NCBI GenBank assembly: GCA_965199715.1
Contig: OZ241322.1
Location: 608,001 to 672,000, forward strand
From: Vicinamibacteria bacterium
GTDB taxonomy: Bacteria; Acidobacteriota; Vicinamibacteria; Marinacidobacterales; Marinacidobacteraceae
DNA: 64,000 nucleotides
Reading direction: 5' to 3'
Shown here: positions 39,957 through 50,227 of the stretch, piece by piece
Numbering within the stretch: position 1 is the stretch's first letter
How the letters are laid out: the number at the start of each line of letters is the position of its first letter
Notes under the pieces: generated by a model
Seen by the model: the letters and a program-made list of their open reading frames with translations, nothing else
What the model was told of the DNA's origin: nothing
Database searches by the model: none
Translations under genes and position numbers: made by a program

Positions 39957-41018
39957 ATGCACGAACACGAACCGGAGACCATGGTCCTCGTGATGACTCC
40001 CTGGGCGCGGGAGTCGGAGCTGGAACACCTCGTCAAGGTCATCGAGGAGAAGTCGCTCGACCGCGCCATCTACCGAAGCCCGGTCCGCACCCGGGTCCAC
40101 GTCCTGGGCGATCTCTCCCGCGAGAACGAGGCGCACTGGCGCACGCTGCCCGGCGTGGAGCAGGTGTTCGGCCTGAAGAAGCCGTACCGCCTGGCGAACC
40201 GCACCCATCGGAAGTCGCAGACGCGGATCCCGATCGGCAGCCAGGAGCTCGGCGGCGGGGACCTCGTGATCGTCGCCGGACCCTGCGCCCTCGAGAGCGA
40301 GGAGCAGGGCTTCGAGGCGGCCCGCATGGTGGCGGACCTCGGCCTCGAGATCATGCGGGCGTCGGCGTTCAAGCCGCGCACGTCCCCCTATTCGTTCCAG
40401 GGGCTCGGGATCGAGGGTCTGCGCATCCTGAACCGGATCGGCCAGGAGACCGGAATCCTCGTGGAGACCGAGGTGATGGACGTGCGCGACGTGGAGATCG
40501 CGGCCGACCTCGTGGACGTGCTGCGCATCGGCGCCCGCAACATGCAGAACTTCGACCTGTTGCGCGAGATGGCGCAGGTCCGGAACCCGGTGATCCTCAA
40601 GCGCGGGGCGTCGAACACGATCCGCGAATTCCTGCTCGCCGCCGAGTACATCCTGCGCGGCAACGGCAACGTCATCCTGTGCGAGCGCGGCATCCGCACG
40701 TTCGAGACCGCGTACCGCAACACGCTCGACGTGGGGGCGATCGCGCTCCTGAAGCAGGAGACGCACTTGCCGGTGATCGCCGATCCGAGCCACGCCGCCG
40801 GAAACAAGACCCTCGTGCCGGCGCTCGCCATGGCGGCGGCGGCGGCTGGCGCGGACGGGCTCCTGATCGAGGTGCATCCGAACCCCGCGGTGGCGCTCAG
40901 CGACGGCGACCAGTCGCTGTACCCGGACCAGTTCGTCCAGCTCCTCGGCGACCTGAGGCGGGTCAGCGGAGCCGTCGGGAAGCGAGTGCTCGAGACCCGG
41001 ACCTCCGTCGCGACCTGA
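39957..41018 (+). CDS. aroF: DAHP synthase (type I-beta) with N-terminal regulatory domain
   Basis: AGPCALES, KPRTSPYSFQG, IGARNMQN, LKRG, CERGIRTF, DPSH. Confidence 0.93.
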   Translation: MHEHEPETMVLVMTPWARESELEHLVKVIEEKSLDRAIYRSPVRTRVHVLGDLSRENEAHWRTLPGVEQVFGLKKPYRLANRTHRKSQTRIPIGSQELGGGDLVIVAGPCALESEEQGFEAARMVADLGLEIMRASAFKPRTSPYSFQGLGIEGLRILNRIGQETGILVETEVMDVRDVEIAADLVDVLRIGARNMQNFDLLREMAQVRNPVILKRGASNTIREFLLAAEYILRGNGNVILCERGIRTFETAYRNTLDVGAIALLKQETHLPVIADPSHAAGNKTLVPALAMAAAAAGADGLLIEVHPNPAVALSDGDQSLYPDQFVQLLGDLRRVSGAVGKRVLETRTSVAT

Positions 41019-41024
41019 CCGCGC

Positions 41025-42131
41025 ATGGGGACCGACCGGACGGTCACCGTCTCCACTCGCGTCGGCGGAACCTACTCCGTCCGGATCGGCGAGGGCGCTC
41101 TCGCCGCGCTCCCGGCGTCGCTCGCCGCGCTCGGTCCCGGGCGCCGGACGGCCGTCGTCGTGGACTCGAACGTCCTCGCGCGCCATCGGGACCGGATCGC
41201 CGCCCGGCTTCCGAAGGACGCCGCGTTCCTGACGCTTCCGGCCGGCGAGGCGAACAAGACGCGCGCCTCGAAGGAACGGATCGAGGACGAGCTGATCGCC
41301 CGCCGGTTCGGAAGGGACAGCGTCCTCATCGGATTCGGCGGGGGCGTCACCACCGACCTCGCGGGATTCGTCGCGGCCACGTACCTCCGGGGCGTCCCCT
41401 TCGTGGGCGTCCCCACGACGCTGCTCGCTGCGGTGGACGCCTCGGTCGGCGGCAAGACGGGCGTGAACACCCCGGCGGGCAAGAACCTCATCGGCGCGTT
41501 CCGGCAGCCCGCGGCGGTCCTCGTGGACACGGGGCTTTTCAAGACGCTCCCCGAAGCCGAGCTGCGCAACGGGCTCGCCGAGTCGGTGAAGATGGCGGCG
41601 ACGAGCGACCCCGAGCACTTCGCCGAGCTCGAGGAAGCCGGGAGCGCGCTGCTGCGCGCCGACCCCGACGCGCTCGCCCGCCTCGTCCGCCGGAGCGTGT
41701 CGGTGAAGGCGCAGATCGTGCGCGAGGACGAGAAGGAGGCGGGCCCACGGGAAATCCTCAACTTCGGGCACACCGTGGGGCACGCCATCGAACACGCGAC
41801 CGGATATCGGATGCGCCACGGCTTCGCCGTCGCCGTGGGCATGGCGGCGGAGAGCCGCATGGCGGAACGCGCCGGACGCCTCGCCGAGGCCGAAGGCGAC
41901 CGGCTCCGGGGCCTGCTCGCGGCGCTGGACCTCCCCACCCGTTTCGGCGGGGCCTCCCGGCGGAGCGTCGTCGCCGCTTTCGGGTCCGACAAGAAGGCCC
42001 GCGGCGGAGAGGCCCGCTTCGTCACGCTGACCGCGATCGGCGCAGTGCGTCGGGACGGCGGGCGGTTCTCGCACCCCATGGATCCCGCGGCGGTCGAATA
42101 CGGCCTCGACCGGACCGGGCTTTCGGCCTGA
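41025..42131 (+). CDS. aroB: 3-dehydroquinate synthase
   Basis: GGGVTTDLAGFVAATYLRG, PTTLLAAVDASVGGKTGVN, LNFGHTVGHAIE. Confidence 0.96.
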   Translation: MGTDRTVTVSTRVGGTYSVRIGEGALAALPASLAALGPGRRTAVVVDSNVLARHRDRIAARLPKDAAFLTLPAGEANKTRASKERIEDELIARRFGRDSVLIGFGGGVTTDLAGFVAATYLRGVPFVGVPTTLLAAVDASVGGKTGVNTPAGKNLIGAFRQPAAVLVDTGLFKTLPEAELRNGLAESVKMAATSDPEHFAELEEAGSALLRADPDALARLVRRSVSVKAQIVREDEKEAGPREILNFGHTVGHAIEHATGYRMRHGFAVAVGMAAESRMAERAGRLAEAEGDRLRGLLAALDLPTRFGGASRRSVVAAFGSDKKARGGEARFVTLTAIGAVRRDGGRFSHPMDPAAVEYGLDRTGLSA

Positions 42132-43408
42132 TGGCCGATTCGGTCGCGGTCACGCCGCCCTCGCGCCCGCCCGACGGGACCGTCCGCGTCCCCGGCAGCA
42201 AGTACGTCGCCAACCGGCTGCTCGTGCTGGCCGCGCTCGCGGACGGGCCGAGCCGGATCGCCGGCGCGCCCGACAACGAGGACATCGCGGCCGCCGTCGC
42301 CGGCCTGCGCGCGCTGGGAGTCCGGATCGACGAGGGGCCGGGCGGCCTCGTCGTCGGGGGAACGCCGGCCTCGTGGGCGGCGCCCGGCGGCGCGCCGGTC
42401 GAAGTGGACGTCGGCGAGTCGGGGACGCTGCTGCGGTTTCTGACCGCGCTCGCCGCGACCCTGCCCTTCCCGGTGCGGCTCGCCGGGAGCGGACGGATCG
42501 GCGAGCGCCCGATGACCGGGCTTCTCGAAGCGCTCCGTCGGCTCGGCGCGCGGATCGAAGGCGATCGGGGGATCGCGACCTCGCCGGTGACGCTGCGCGG
42601 CGGACGGGTCCCGGTCGAGGCCGGGCGAAGCAGCCAGTTCGCCAGCGCGCTCCTTCTCGCGAGCCCGCGGATCCCGGGCGGCGTGGAACTGGAGCTTCAG
42701 GGGCGCCGGGTGTCGGAGAGCTATCTCGACCTGACCGCGAGCCTCATGCGGCGCGCCGGCCGTCCGGTGGAGCGGACCCCCACGGGCTTCCGGACGAAGG
42801 GCGGACCCGTGCGGGCCGGGGCTCGCTTCGTTCCGGCGGACTGGACGGCGGCGGGCTCGATCTTCGGAGCGGCGGCCATCGCGGGCGGCTCCGTCCAGGT
42901 TCCCGGGCTCGATCCGGACGCGGTCGAGGGCGAGCGGCGCTTCCCGGCGCTTCTCGAGCGGATGGGGTGCCGCGTCGAGGCTCGCGGCGACGCAGTGACC
43001 GTCACCGGGCCGAACCGGCTGCGCGGCGTCCGGGCCGATCTATCCACGATGCCCGACGCGGCGCCCGGACTCGCCGCGCTCGCCGCCGCGGCGTCCGGCG
43101 AGACCCGCATTTCCGGGATCGCCCACCTCCGGCACAAGGAGAGCGACCGGATCGCCGCCCTCGCCGACGGGCTGAGGGCGCTCGGCGCCGGGGTCGAGAC
43201 CGGGGAGGACTCCCTTGCGATCCGACCGGGCCCGCTCCGACGCGACGTCGCGATCGACTCGCGCCGCGACCACCGGATCGCGATGGCGTTCGCGCTCGTC
43301 GGGCTTCGCGTCCCGGTGCGCATCCTCCACCCGGACGCCGTGCGGAAGTCCTTTCCCGGCTTTTGGGACGCCGTGGCGGCGCTCGGCGCCGGCGTCGCCT
43401 TCGCCTGA
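42131..43408 (+). CDS. aroA: EPSP synthase
   Basis: PGSKYVANR, GESGTLLRF, SSQFASALLL, LRHKESDR, DHRIAMAF, KSFPGFW; TGATG overlap with aroB. Confidence 0.94.
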   Translation: MADSVAVTPPSRPPDGTVRVPGSKYVANRLLVLAALADGPSRIAGAPDNEDIAAAVAGLRALGVRIDEGPGGLVVGGTPASWAAPGGAPVEVDVGESGTLLRFLTALAATLPFPVRLAGSGRIGERPMTGLLEALRRLGARIEGDRGIATSPVTLRGGRVPVEAGRSSQFASALLLASPRIPGGVELELQGRRVSESYLDLTASLMRRAGRPVERTPTGFRTKGGPVRAGARFVPADWTAAGSIFGAAAIAGGSVQVPGLDPDAVEGERRFPALLERMGCRVEARGDAVTVTGPNRLRGVRADLSTMPDAAPGLAALAAAASGETRISGIAHLRHKESDRIAALADGLRALGAGVETGEDSLAIRPGPLRRDVAIDSRRDHRIAMAFALVGLRVPVRILHPDAVRKSFPGFWDAVAALGAGVAFA

Positions 43409-45357
43409 TGTTCCCGAACGTCGTCCTCGTCGGCGCCCGCGGTTCGGGGAAGAGCCGCGCCGGTCGCAAGCTCGCCGCCGCGACGGGGTGGGAGCTCCTG
43501 GGCGCGGACGCCCGGTTCGAGGCGCGGCACGGGCCGATCGGAGAGTTCGTGGCCGCGCACGGCTGGGACGCCTTCCGCGACCGCGAGACCGAGACGCTCG
43601 GCGAACTTGCGCGGGAGAGCCCCGGGCGGAGCGTCCTCGACTGCGGCGGCGGCGTCGTGGAGCGACGGGAGAACCGGGACCTCCTGCGGCGCCTCGGAAC
43701 CGTGTATTGGGTGCGCGCGCCGCTCGAGCGGCTGCGGGATCGGATCGCGCGGAAGACGACCCGGCCGTCGCTGACGGGGCGCGACCCGACGGCGGAGATC
43801 GGCGAGGTGCTCGCCCGACGGACGCCGCTCTACCGCGCCGTCGCCGAAGCGGACGTCTGGGCGGAAACCGGTCGCGAGGCGGCGGACGCGCTGCGCCGGG
43901 CCCACTTCGGTCCCGGAATCGCGCTCTCGGTCCTCCCCGGAAACCACGAGGAAGCGCTCCGGGCGCTGCTCGGCGCCCGGGAACGTCTGGGCCCGGAAGA
44001 TCTGATCGAGCTGCGCGCCGACCGCCTCCGCGAAGTGCGGGAGCTGTTGGAAGCGCTCCCCGACGCGCTCCGGAAGCGCCTCATCCTGACCGTGCGCACG
44101 CCGGAACAGGGAGGTGGGTTCGCCGGGACCGCCGCGGAGCGGGAGCGGATGCTCCGCGACGGGGCCCGCGCCGACATCCGCTTCGTGGACGCGGAGTTCC
44201 CTGAGCTCGTTGAGGGAAAGACCCTCGCGTCCTTCCACCATTTCGAGGGACCGGCGCCCGACCTCGAGGCGCTGGCCGCGAGGATGGGCGAGCGCGCCGC
44301 GGCCGTGAAGGTCGCCGTGACCGTACGCGGCGAGGCCGACGTGCAACGGATGTTCCGGTTCCAGCGGGAGCCCCCGCCGGGCGCCGTCCCCCGCATCGGG
44401 ATCGCGATGGGCGCCGCCGGAGGCGCGCTGCGGGTCATCGGAACCTCCTCCGCCGGGATCGCGACCTTCGCCCCGCCCCCGGGCAGCCTTCCGACGGGAC
44501 CCGGCCAGCTCGATTCCGACGCCGTCCGTGACCGCCACCGGCGCTGGGGGCGCAAGCTCTTCGCTCCGGTTCCCGTGTACGGCGTCGTCGGCCATCCGGT
44601 CGCGGGGAGCCTGAGCCCGCCGATGCACGAGGCGGCGTTCGTCGCGACCGGGCGCGCCGCTTCCTACCAGCGGTTCGAGGTTCCCCCGGACGAGCTGGAG
44701 GACTTCCTGACCGCCTTCCGGCTGGCGCGCGGAGCCGGGCTGAACGTCACCATCCCGCACAAGGAAGCCATCGTCCCGCTGCTGGACTCGCTGGACGAAG
44801 CGGCGCACCGGATCGGCGCGGTGAATACAGTCTCGCGACAGGATGACGCGCTCGCCGGCGCCAACACCGACTGGATCGGGGCCGCCCGGGCGCTGCTTTC
44901 GGTCACGCCGCTCAAGGGGAAGGAGGTGACCGTGCTGGGGGCCGGCGGTTCGGCCCGGGCCGTTCTCCATGCGCTCGCCGAGCACGGAGCCCGCGCCACG
45001 GTGATGGCCCGGGACGACCGCAAGGCGGCGGCCGTCGCCGCCCGCTTCGGCGCGGGCTGGCGGCCGGGACGCGAGCTCGGCGTCGCCGGCGGCGACGTCC
45101 TCGTGAACGCCACGCCGGTCGGCATGGACTCCGACCTGTCGCCCGCGCCGGCGGACGTCGGACGCCGGCTCGGCGTCGTGTTCGACCTCGTCTATCGCCC
45201 CGCCCGCACGCGCCTGCTGAGGGACGCCGAGGCGGCGGGGGCGACTCCCGTGCCGGGGCTTCCGATGCTGGTCCATCAGGCGGCCGCGTCCTTCGCGCTC
45301 TGGACGGGAGAATCCGTGGCGGAGACCATGGAGGCCGCCGCCCGCGATGCCCGGTAA
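43408..45357 (+). CDS. Trifunctional shikimate kinase / type I 3-dehydroquinase / shikimate dehydrogenase fusion (AroK-AroD-AroE)
   Basis: AroK: [27 protein letters not shown]. AroD: ELRAD, TVR..QGG, SFH, IAMG, PGQ. AroE: [37 protein letters not shown]. Confidence 0.9.
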   Translation: MFPNVVLVGARGSGKSRAGRKLAAATGWELLGADARFEARHGPIGEFVAAHGWDAFRDRETETLGELARESPGRSVLDCGGGVVERRENRDLLRRLGTVYWVRAPLERLRDRIARKTTRPSLTGRDPTAEIGEVLARRTPLYRAVAEADVWAETGREAADALRRAHFGPGIALSVLPGNHEEALRALLGARERLGPEDLIELRADRLREVRELLEALPDALRKRLILTVRTPEQGGGFAGTAAERERMLRDGARADIRFVDAEFPELVEGKTLASFHHFEGPAPDLEALAARMGERAAAVKVAVTVRGEADVQRMFRFQREPPPGAVPRIGIAMGAAGGALRVIGTSSAGIATFAPPPGSLPTGPGQLDSDAVRDRHRRWGRKLFAPVPVYGVVGHPVAGSLSPPMHEAAFVATGRAASYQRFEVPPDELEDFLTAFRLARGAGLNVTIPHKEAIVPLLDSLDEAAHRIGAVNTVSRQDDALAGANTDWIGAARALLSVTPLKGKEVTVLGAGGSARAVLHALAEHGARATVMARDDRKAAAVAARFGAGWRPGRELGVAGGDVLVNATPVGMDSDLSPAPADVGRRLGVVFDLVYRPARTRLLRDAEAAGATPVPGLPMLVHQAAASFALWTGESVAETMEAAARDAR

Positions 45358-46438
45358 CTCCTTCGGACAGGCGTTCCGGATCACGACCTGGGGCGAATCG
45401 CACGGCCCGGCGATCGGAGTCGTCGCGGACGGCTGCCCGGCGGGCCTCGCGCTGGACGAGGCGGCGATCCAGGCCGACCTGGACCGCCGCCGGCCCGGGC
45501 GGAGCCGGCTCACGTCTCCCCGAAAGGAGGCCGACCGCATCCGCATCGCCTCCGGGGTCCTCGAAGGACGAACCACCGGAACGCCGATCGCCATGTGGGT
45601 CGAGAACGAGGACGCGCGTCCCCGGGACTACGACCATCTCCGCGAGGCGTACCGCCCGAGCCACGCGGACTTCTCTTACGAGAAGCGGTACGGAGTGCGG
45701 GATCCGCGGGGCGGCGGGCGAGCCTCGGCCCGGACGACGGCGGCGCACGTGGCGGCGGGCGCGGTGGCGCGTCAGCTCCTCGCGGCGCTCCACGGGGTCG
45801 AGTGCGTCGCGTGGGTGACCCGGATCGCGGACGTGGAGGCGTCGGTGGACGCGGACGCGGCGACCCGGGAGCTCGTCGATCGGACGCCGGTCCGATGCCC
45901 CGACCGCGCGGCGACCAAGGCCATGGCGCGGCGGGTCGAGGCGGCGCGGGACTCCGGCGACTCGGTCGGAGGCGTCGTCGAGTGCGTCTGCCGCTCGGTC
46001 CCCGCCGGGCTCGGCGACCCGATCCTCGACAAGCTGGAGAGCGACCTCGCGAAGGCGATGCTCGCGATCCCCGCGACCCGGGGGTTCGAGCTGGGATCCG
46101 GATTCGCGGGAACCCGGCTTCTCGGAAGCGAACACAACGACGAGTTCCGGATGGAGGCGGGCGAGGTCCGGACGCGATCGAATCGCTCCGGCGGCGTGCA
46201 GGGCGGGATCTCGAACGGCATGCCCATCGTCTTCCGGGTCGCGTTCAAGCCCACCTCCACGATCGGCAAGCCGCAGCGCACGGTGGATCGGGAGGGCCGG
46301 GAGGTGACGCTCGCGGCCCGGGGGCGTCACGACCCCTGCGTGCTGCCCCGCGCGGTCCCGATCGTCGAGGCGATGGCGTGCCTCGTCCTCGTCGACCACC
46401 TGCTGCGCGTGCGCGGCTCCGGTCCGCTCTCCGGCTAA
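45347..46438 (+). CDS. aroC: Chorismate synthase
   Basis: [38 protein letters not shown]. Confidence 0.97.
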   Translation: MPGNSFGQAFRITTWGESHGPAIGVVADGCPAGLALDEAAIQADLDRRRPGRSRLTSPRKEADRIRIASGVLEGRTTGTPIAMWVENEDARPRDYDHLREAYRPSHADFSYEKRYGVRDPRGGGRASARTTAAHVAAGAVARQLLAALHGVECVAWVTRIADVEASVDADAATRELVDRTPVRCPDRAATKAMARRVEAARDSGDSVGGVVECVCRSVPAGLGDPILDKLESDLAKAMLAIPATRGFELGSGFAGTRLLGSEHNDEFRMEAGEVRTRSNRSGGVQGGISNGMPIVFRVAFKPTSTIGKPQRTVDREGREVTLAARGRHDPCVLPRAVPIVEAMACLVLVDHLLRVRGSGPLSG

Positions 46439-46460
46439 ACTCTCGCCGAGCCTGAACGGG

Positions 46461-46536
46461 GGGCGGCTAGCTCAGATGGGAGAGCGCGGCGTTCGCAATG
46501 CCGAGGTCACGGGTTCGATCCCCGTGCCGTCCACCA
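46461..46536 (+). tRNA. tRNA-Ala (anticodon CGC), CCA encoded
   Basis: 76-nt cloverleaf: acceptor GGGCGGC/GCCGTCC with G3:U70, D arm GCTC/GAGC, anticodon loop TTCGCAA, T loop TTCGATC, 3' ACCA. Confidence 0.96.
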
Positions 46537-47207
46537 TGCTTCTTCAGACGCTCTTGGCCGCGGCGCTGCCGCTGGCCGCGGGCGCGGAAACCGCCGACGA
46601 GCTGGTCCGCCGCATCGAGGCCCACCACCGGGGCCTGCCCCACTTCGAGAGCACGTTCGAGCAACGCTTCACGCCGAGGATCTTCGGGCGCGACCGGGTC
46701 GAGAGCGGATGGCTCACCGTGAGCCGTCCCGGGCGCATGCGCTGGGAGTACCGGGAGCCGGAACCCAAGGTCTTCGTCAGCGACGGCACGAACACCTGGT
46801 TCCACGTGCCGAGCGACCGGCAGGTCGTCGTCGGCAGCATCGAGCCGAACGCCGACGGGTCCGCCGGGCGGGATCCGGACGCGCTCGCGTTCCTCACCGG
46901 CGACGCCGCCATCCTCGACCACTTCGACGTGGAGCTGGTCGAGGACGACCGGACCCCCGAAGATCGCCTCCGGCTGCTGCTCACGCCGAGGACCGGCGCG
47001 GGCGAGGTGGAGCGCGCGGTCCTCGAGGTCGAGGCGGAAAGCGGCCTCATCCGGGCGCTCGAGGTGCTCGACCCCGAGGGAAACCGCACGACCTTCCGCT
47101 TCGCCGATTTCCGGATCGGGGATCGGCCGCCCGATTCGCTCTTCGATTTCCGCATCCCGCCCGGCACCGACGTGGTGACGGCCCGGGAGCTCGCGCCGGG
47201 GCGCTGA
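46536..47207 (+). CDS. lolA: Outer-membrane lipoprotein carrier LolA
   Basis: Signal peptide; FEQ, RPGRMRWEY..PEPKVFVSDG..W.HVP..RQV, F.F.IP.GTDVV. Confidence 0.88.
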   Translation: MLLQTLLAAALPLAAGAETADELVRRIEAHHRGLPHFESTFEQRFTPRIFGRDRVESGWLTVSRPGRMRWEYREPEPKVFVSDGTNTWFHVPSDRQVVVGSIEPNADGSAGRDPDALAFLTGDAAILDHFDVELVEDDRTPEDRLRLLLTPRTGAGEVERAVLEVEAESGLIRALEVLDPEGNRTTFRFADFRIGDRPPDSLFDFRIPPGTDVVTARELAPGR

Positions 47208-47208
47208 C

Positions 47209-48822
47209 GTGTCGCGCTGGACCGTCCCGCTCCTGCTGCTCGCGGGTTGTTCGGCGAGGCCCGGGCTGGAGCCGGGGGTCGTGGCCGAGCGCGCCGGACG
47301 CTACGACGCAGCGGTCGCCCACTACGCCCGGGCGCTCGCCGAGCGTCCCGACAGCGTGGAGGCGAGTCTCGCCCTGCGCCGGGCCAAGCAGCGCGCCGCC
47401 GAGGACCACGCGGCGCGCGCCGAGGCGGCCGCGGCCGTCGCCGACTGGGACGCGGCCGAGGACTCGCTGCGCGCCGCGATCCTCTTCGCGCCCGGCGAGG
47501 GGGCGTACGTCGAGCGGCTCGGCGAGGTCCGCGAGGCGGCCGAAGGCGCGTTCGCGGACTCCCGCGCCCGCACGCTCGCCGCGCTCAAGGAAGAGGCGCT
47601 CGAGGCGCCGTTCGGCCTCGATCTGTTGGACGCGGCCGCCGAGCCGACGAGCTTCGTCTTCCGTGACGCGAGCCTGCGGGAAGTCCTGCTCACGCTCGGC
47701 GAGTTCGCCGGAGTCAACGTGGTCTTCGACGAGGATTTCGCCGACCGGCCGATCTCCATCGAGTCCGAGGACGTCACCTTCGAAGACGCTCTCGCCGGAA
47801 TCACGGCGACGACCGGCCACTTCTTCCGGGCCGAGTCCCCCGAGCTTGTGACCATCATCCCGGATACGCCGCCCAAGCGGTCGCGCTACGAGCAGGACGT
47901 CGCCCAGACGTTCTTCCTCTCGTCGGCCGACGTCACCGAGACCGTGGACGCGCTGCGGGTCACGCTCCAGCTTCGGAACGTGGCCCAGCACGCCGGCACC
48001 AACTCGATCACCGTGGTGGACACGTGGGACCGGCTCCGTTCGGCGGCGCGAATGATCCGCGCGCTCGACCGGAGCCCGGGCGAGGTCGTGGTGGACGTCG
48101 AGCTCATGGAGGTCAACCGGACCCAACTGGAGCGGTTCGGCATCCCCCTCGTCTCGCCCGAATCGAAGGGGATCGGCGTCGCGCTGACGCCCCGGCTGGA
48201 CACCGTCCTCGAAAACCCCTACACGCGGTCCAACCTCCGCGTGGCCGGGCTTCCCGGCGCGATCCTGAACCTCGTGCGCAGCGACCTCGACACCCACGTG
48301 CTGGCGAACCCCCAGCTTCGCGCCTCGGACGGCAAGCCGGCCACCGCCGACTTCGGCGAGCGCGTGCCGGTGCCGGTGACCACCTTCGCGCCGATCGCGA
48401 CCGGCGGCCTCGCCCAGCAGCCCACGACGACGTTCGAGTACGAAAACGTCGGGGTGAGCATCGAGATCCTCCCCCGCATCCACCACGACGACAGCGTCAC
48501 GCTCGAGGTCGGCGTCCGCCTCGACAACGTCTCGGGAACCGGCTTTTCGGGCCTCCCCACGTTCGGCAACCGCAACGTGCGGACGACGCTGCGCCTCCGC
48601 AGCGGCGAGACGAGCATGATCGCCGGCCTCATCCGCCAGGAGGAGCGCTCGACCCTGAAGGGGCTGCCCGGCGTGGCGGACGTGCCGATCCTCGGCCGGC
48701 TCTTCGGCGCCAACACCGAGGAGTCCGCCGACTCCGACATCATCCTCACGCTGACCCCGCGCATCACCCGCCGCGCCGACATCGACCGCGACTCGCTGGC
48801 CCCCTACGTCATCCGTCGCTGA
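47209..48822 (+). CDS. Secretin (GspD/PilQ-like) lipoprotein with N-terminal TPR
   Basis: Lipobox LAGC; FRDASLREVL, VVVDVELMEV, LANPQLR, YENVGV, P..HHD, LPGVADVPILGRLFG, LTPRI. Confidence 0.88.
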   Translation: MSRWTVPLLLLAGCSARPGLEPGVVAERAGRYDAAVAHYARALAERPDSVEASLALRRAKQRAAEDHAARAEAAAAVADWDAAEDSLRAAILFAPGEGAYVERLGEVREAAEGAFADSRARTLAALKEEALEAPFGLDLLDAAAEPTSFVFRDASLREVLLTLGEFAGVNVVFDEDFADRPISIESEDVTFEDALAGITATTGHFFRAESPELVTIIPDTPPKRSRYEQDVAQTFFLSSADVTETVDALRVTLQLRNVAQHAGTNSITVVDTWDRLRSAARMIRALDRSPGEVVVDVELMEVNRTQLERFGIPLVSPESKGIGVALTPRLDTVLENPYTRSNLRVAGLPGAILNLVRSDLDTHVLANPQLRASDGKPATADFGERVPVPVTTFAPIATGGLAQQPTTTFEYENVGVSIEILPRIHHDDSVTLEVGVRLDNVSGTGFSGLPTFGNRNVRTTLRLRSGETSMIAGLIRQEERSTLKGLPGVADVPILGRLFGANTEESADSDIILTLTPRITRRADIDRDSLAPYVIRR

Positions 48823-50227
48823 GCGCGACCTCCTCGGGGACGCCGGCGAACCAGCCGTTCGACAGGAACAGCAGCGCTCCCGCGCCGCGCGCCGCGTCCC
48901 GCGCCCGGCGCACGAGACGGGCCCGGTCCGCCGCGACTTCGGCGGCGACTCCCCGCTCGCGAATGTCCCGCGCCAGCCGGTCCAGATCGAGGGCGTCGTC
49001 CGGCCGCACCCCGCGGGACCGGTCGAGGTCGCCGGCGAGAAGCGCGCGGCTCGCCCCGTCGAACGCCGAGGCGAACTCCTCCTGGAACACGGCGCTGCGG
49101 GACGTGAACGACCGGGGCTCGAACGCCACCGCCGGCGGAGCGCCGGGCCAGCGCGCCCGGGCGCTCTCGATCGCCGCCCGCACGGCCGTCGGATGGTGGG
49201 CGAAGTCCCGGACGACCGGAACCCCGCCCACGCAGCCCACGATCTCGAGGCGCCGCCGCACGCCGACGAATCCGGCGACCGCCTCGCGAACGCCTTCCCA
49301 CGACACGCCGACGAAGGCGGCCGCCGCGGCCGCGGCCAAGACGTTGTGCGCCCCGGCGCTCCCCCAAAAGGCGCCCGCGAGCGGCGCCCGCTCCTCCCCC
49401 CGGAAGCGCACCTCGAGCCGGGACCCGGCGCCTCCCGACTCGACAAGGCGGCCGGTCCAGTCGGCGGCCCGCCCCAGCGCGAACGTCTGGACCTCGCAGT
49501 GCGCGTGCTCCGCCAGTTCGGCCGCCGCCGGGCTATCGGCGCCCAGCAGCAACAGTCCCCGGCGCGGCGGAAGGCGGGCGAGGAAACCGAACGCCCGGCG
49601 GACCGCGGCGAAGTCGGGAAAAACGTCGGCGTGGTCGAACTCCACGTTCCCGACGATCGCGACCTCGGGCAGGTAGTGGAGGAACTTGGGACCCTTGTCC
49701 CAGTACGCGGAGTCGTACTCGTCGCCCTCGAGGACGAACGGCTCCCCGTCCTTCCCCAGCCGGAAGCTGCCGCCGAGGTCCTCGCAGACGCCGCCGATCA
49801 GGTACCCGGCGTCCACCGCCGAGCGCCGTAGGATCGCGGCGAGCAGCGAGGTGGTCGTCGTCTTGCCGTGGGTTCCGGCGACGACGACGGGCGCGCGCTC
49901 CCGCAGCACGAGGTCCCGCAGCGCCTCCGGGAAGGAGGCGAGGCGCAGCTTGCGGTCGAGCGCCGCCTCGAGCTCCGGGTTGCCCCGCGAGATCGCGTTG
50001 CCGACCACGACCAGGCGGACGTCCCCGGGCAGGTTCTCCCCCGCGTACGGGCTCGACACCGGGATCCCCTCGCGCTCCAGCAGCGTGGACATCGGCGGAT
50101 AGACCCCCTGGTCGGACCCGCTGACCCGGTAGCCGAGGCGCAGCAGCAGCCCCGCCAGCGAGGCCATCGCCGTTCCCGCGACGCCGAGGACGTGGACCCG
50201 CGCCCCCGGCTCGAGAGCGCGGATCAC
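48809..50227 (-). CDS. mpl: Murein peptide ligase Mpl (Mur ligase)
   Basis: HVLGVAGTAM, GSD..VYPPMS, GTHGKTTT, EGDEYDSAY.DK.PKF, DFAHHPTA, FEPRS. Confidence 0.92.
   Translation of the reverse strand: MIRALEPGARVHVLGVAGTAMASLAGLLLRLGYRVSGSDQGVYPPMSTLLEREGIPVSSPYAGENLPGDVRLVVVGNAISRGNPELEAALDRKLRLASFPEALRDLVLRERAPVVVAGTHGKTTTTSLLAAILRRSAVDAGYLIGGVCEDLGGSFRLGKDGEPFVLEGDEYDSAYWDKGPKFLHYLPEVAIVGNVEFDHADVFPDFAAVRRAFGFLARLPPRRGLLLLGADSPAAAELAEHAHCEVQTFALGRAADWTGRLVESGGAGSRLEVRFRGEERAPLAGAFWGSAGAHNVLAAAAAAAFVGVSWEGVREAVAGFVGVRRRLEIVGCVGGVPVVRDFAHHPTAVRAAIESARARWPGAPPAVAFEPRSFTSRSAVFQEEFASAFDGASRALLAGDLDRSRGVRPDDALDLDRLARDIRERGVAAEVAADRARLVRRARDAARGAGALLFLSNGWFAGVPEEVALSDG

Noticed and set aside
46461-46536. 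tRNA as an integration site of an island
   Set aside because: No integrase and no duplicated tRNA 3' end noticed in the window; downstream genes are housekeeping-like.
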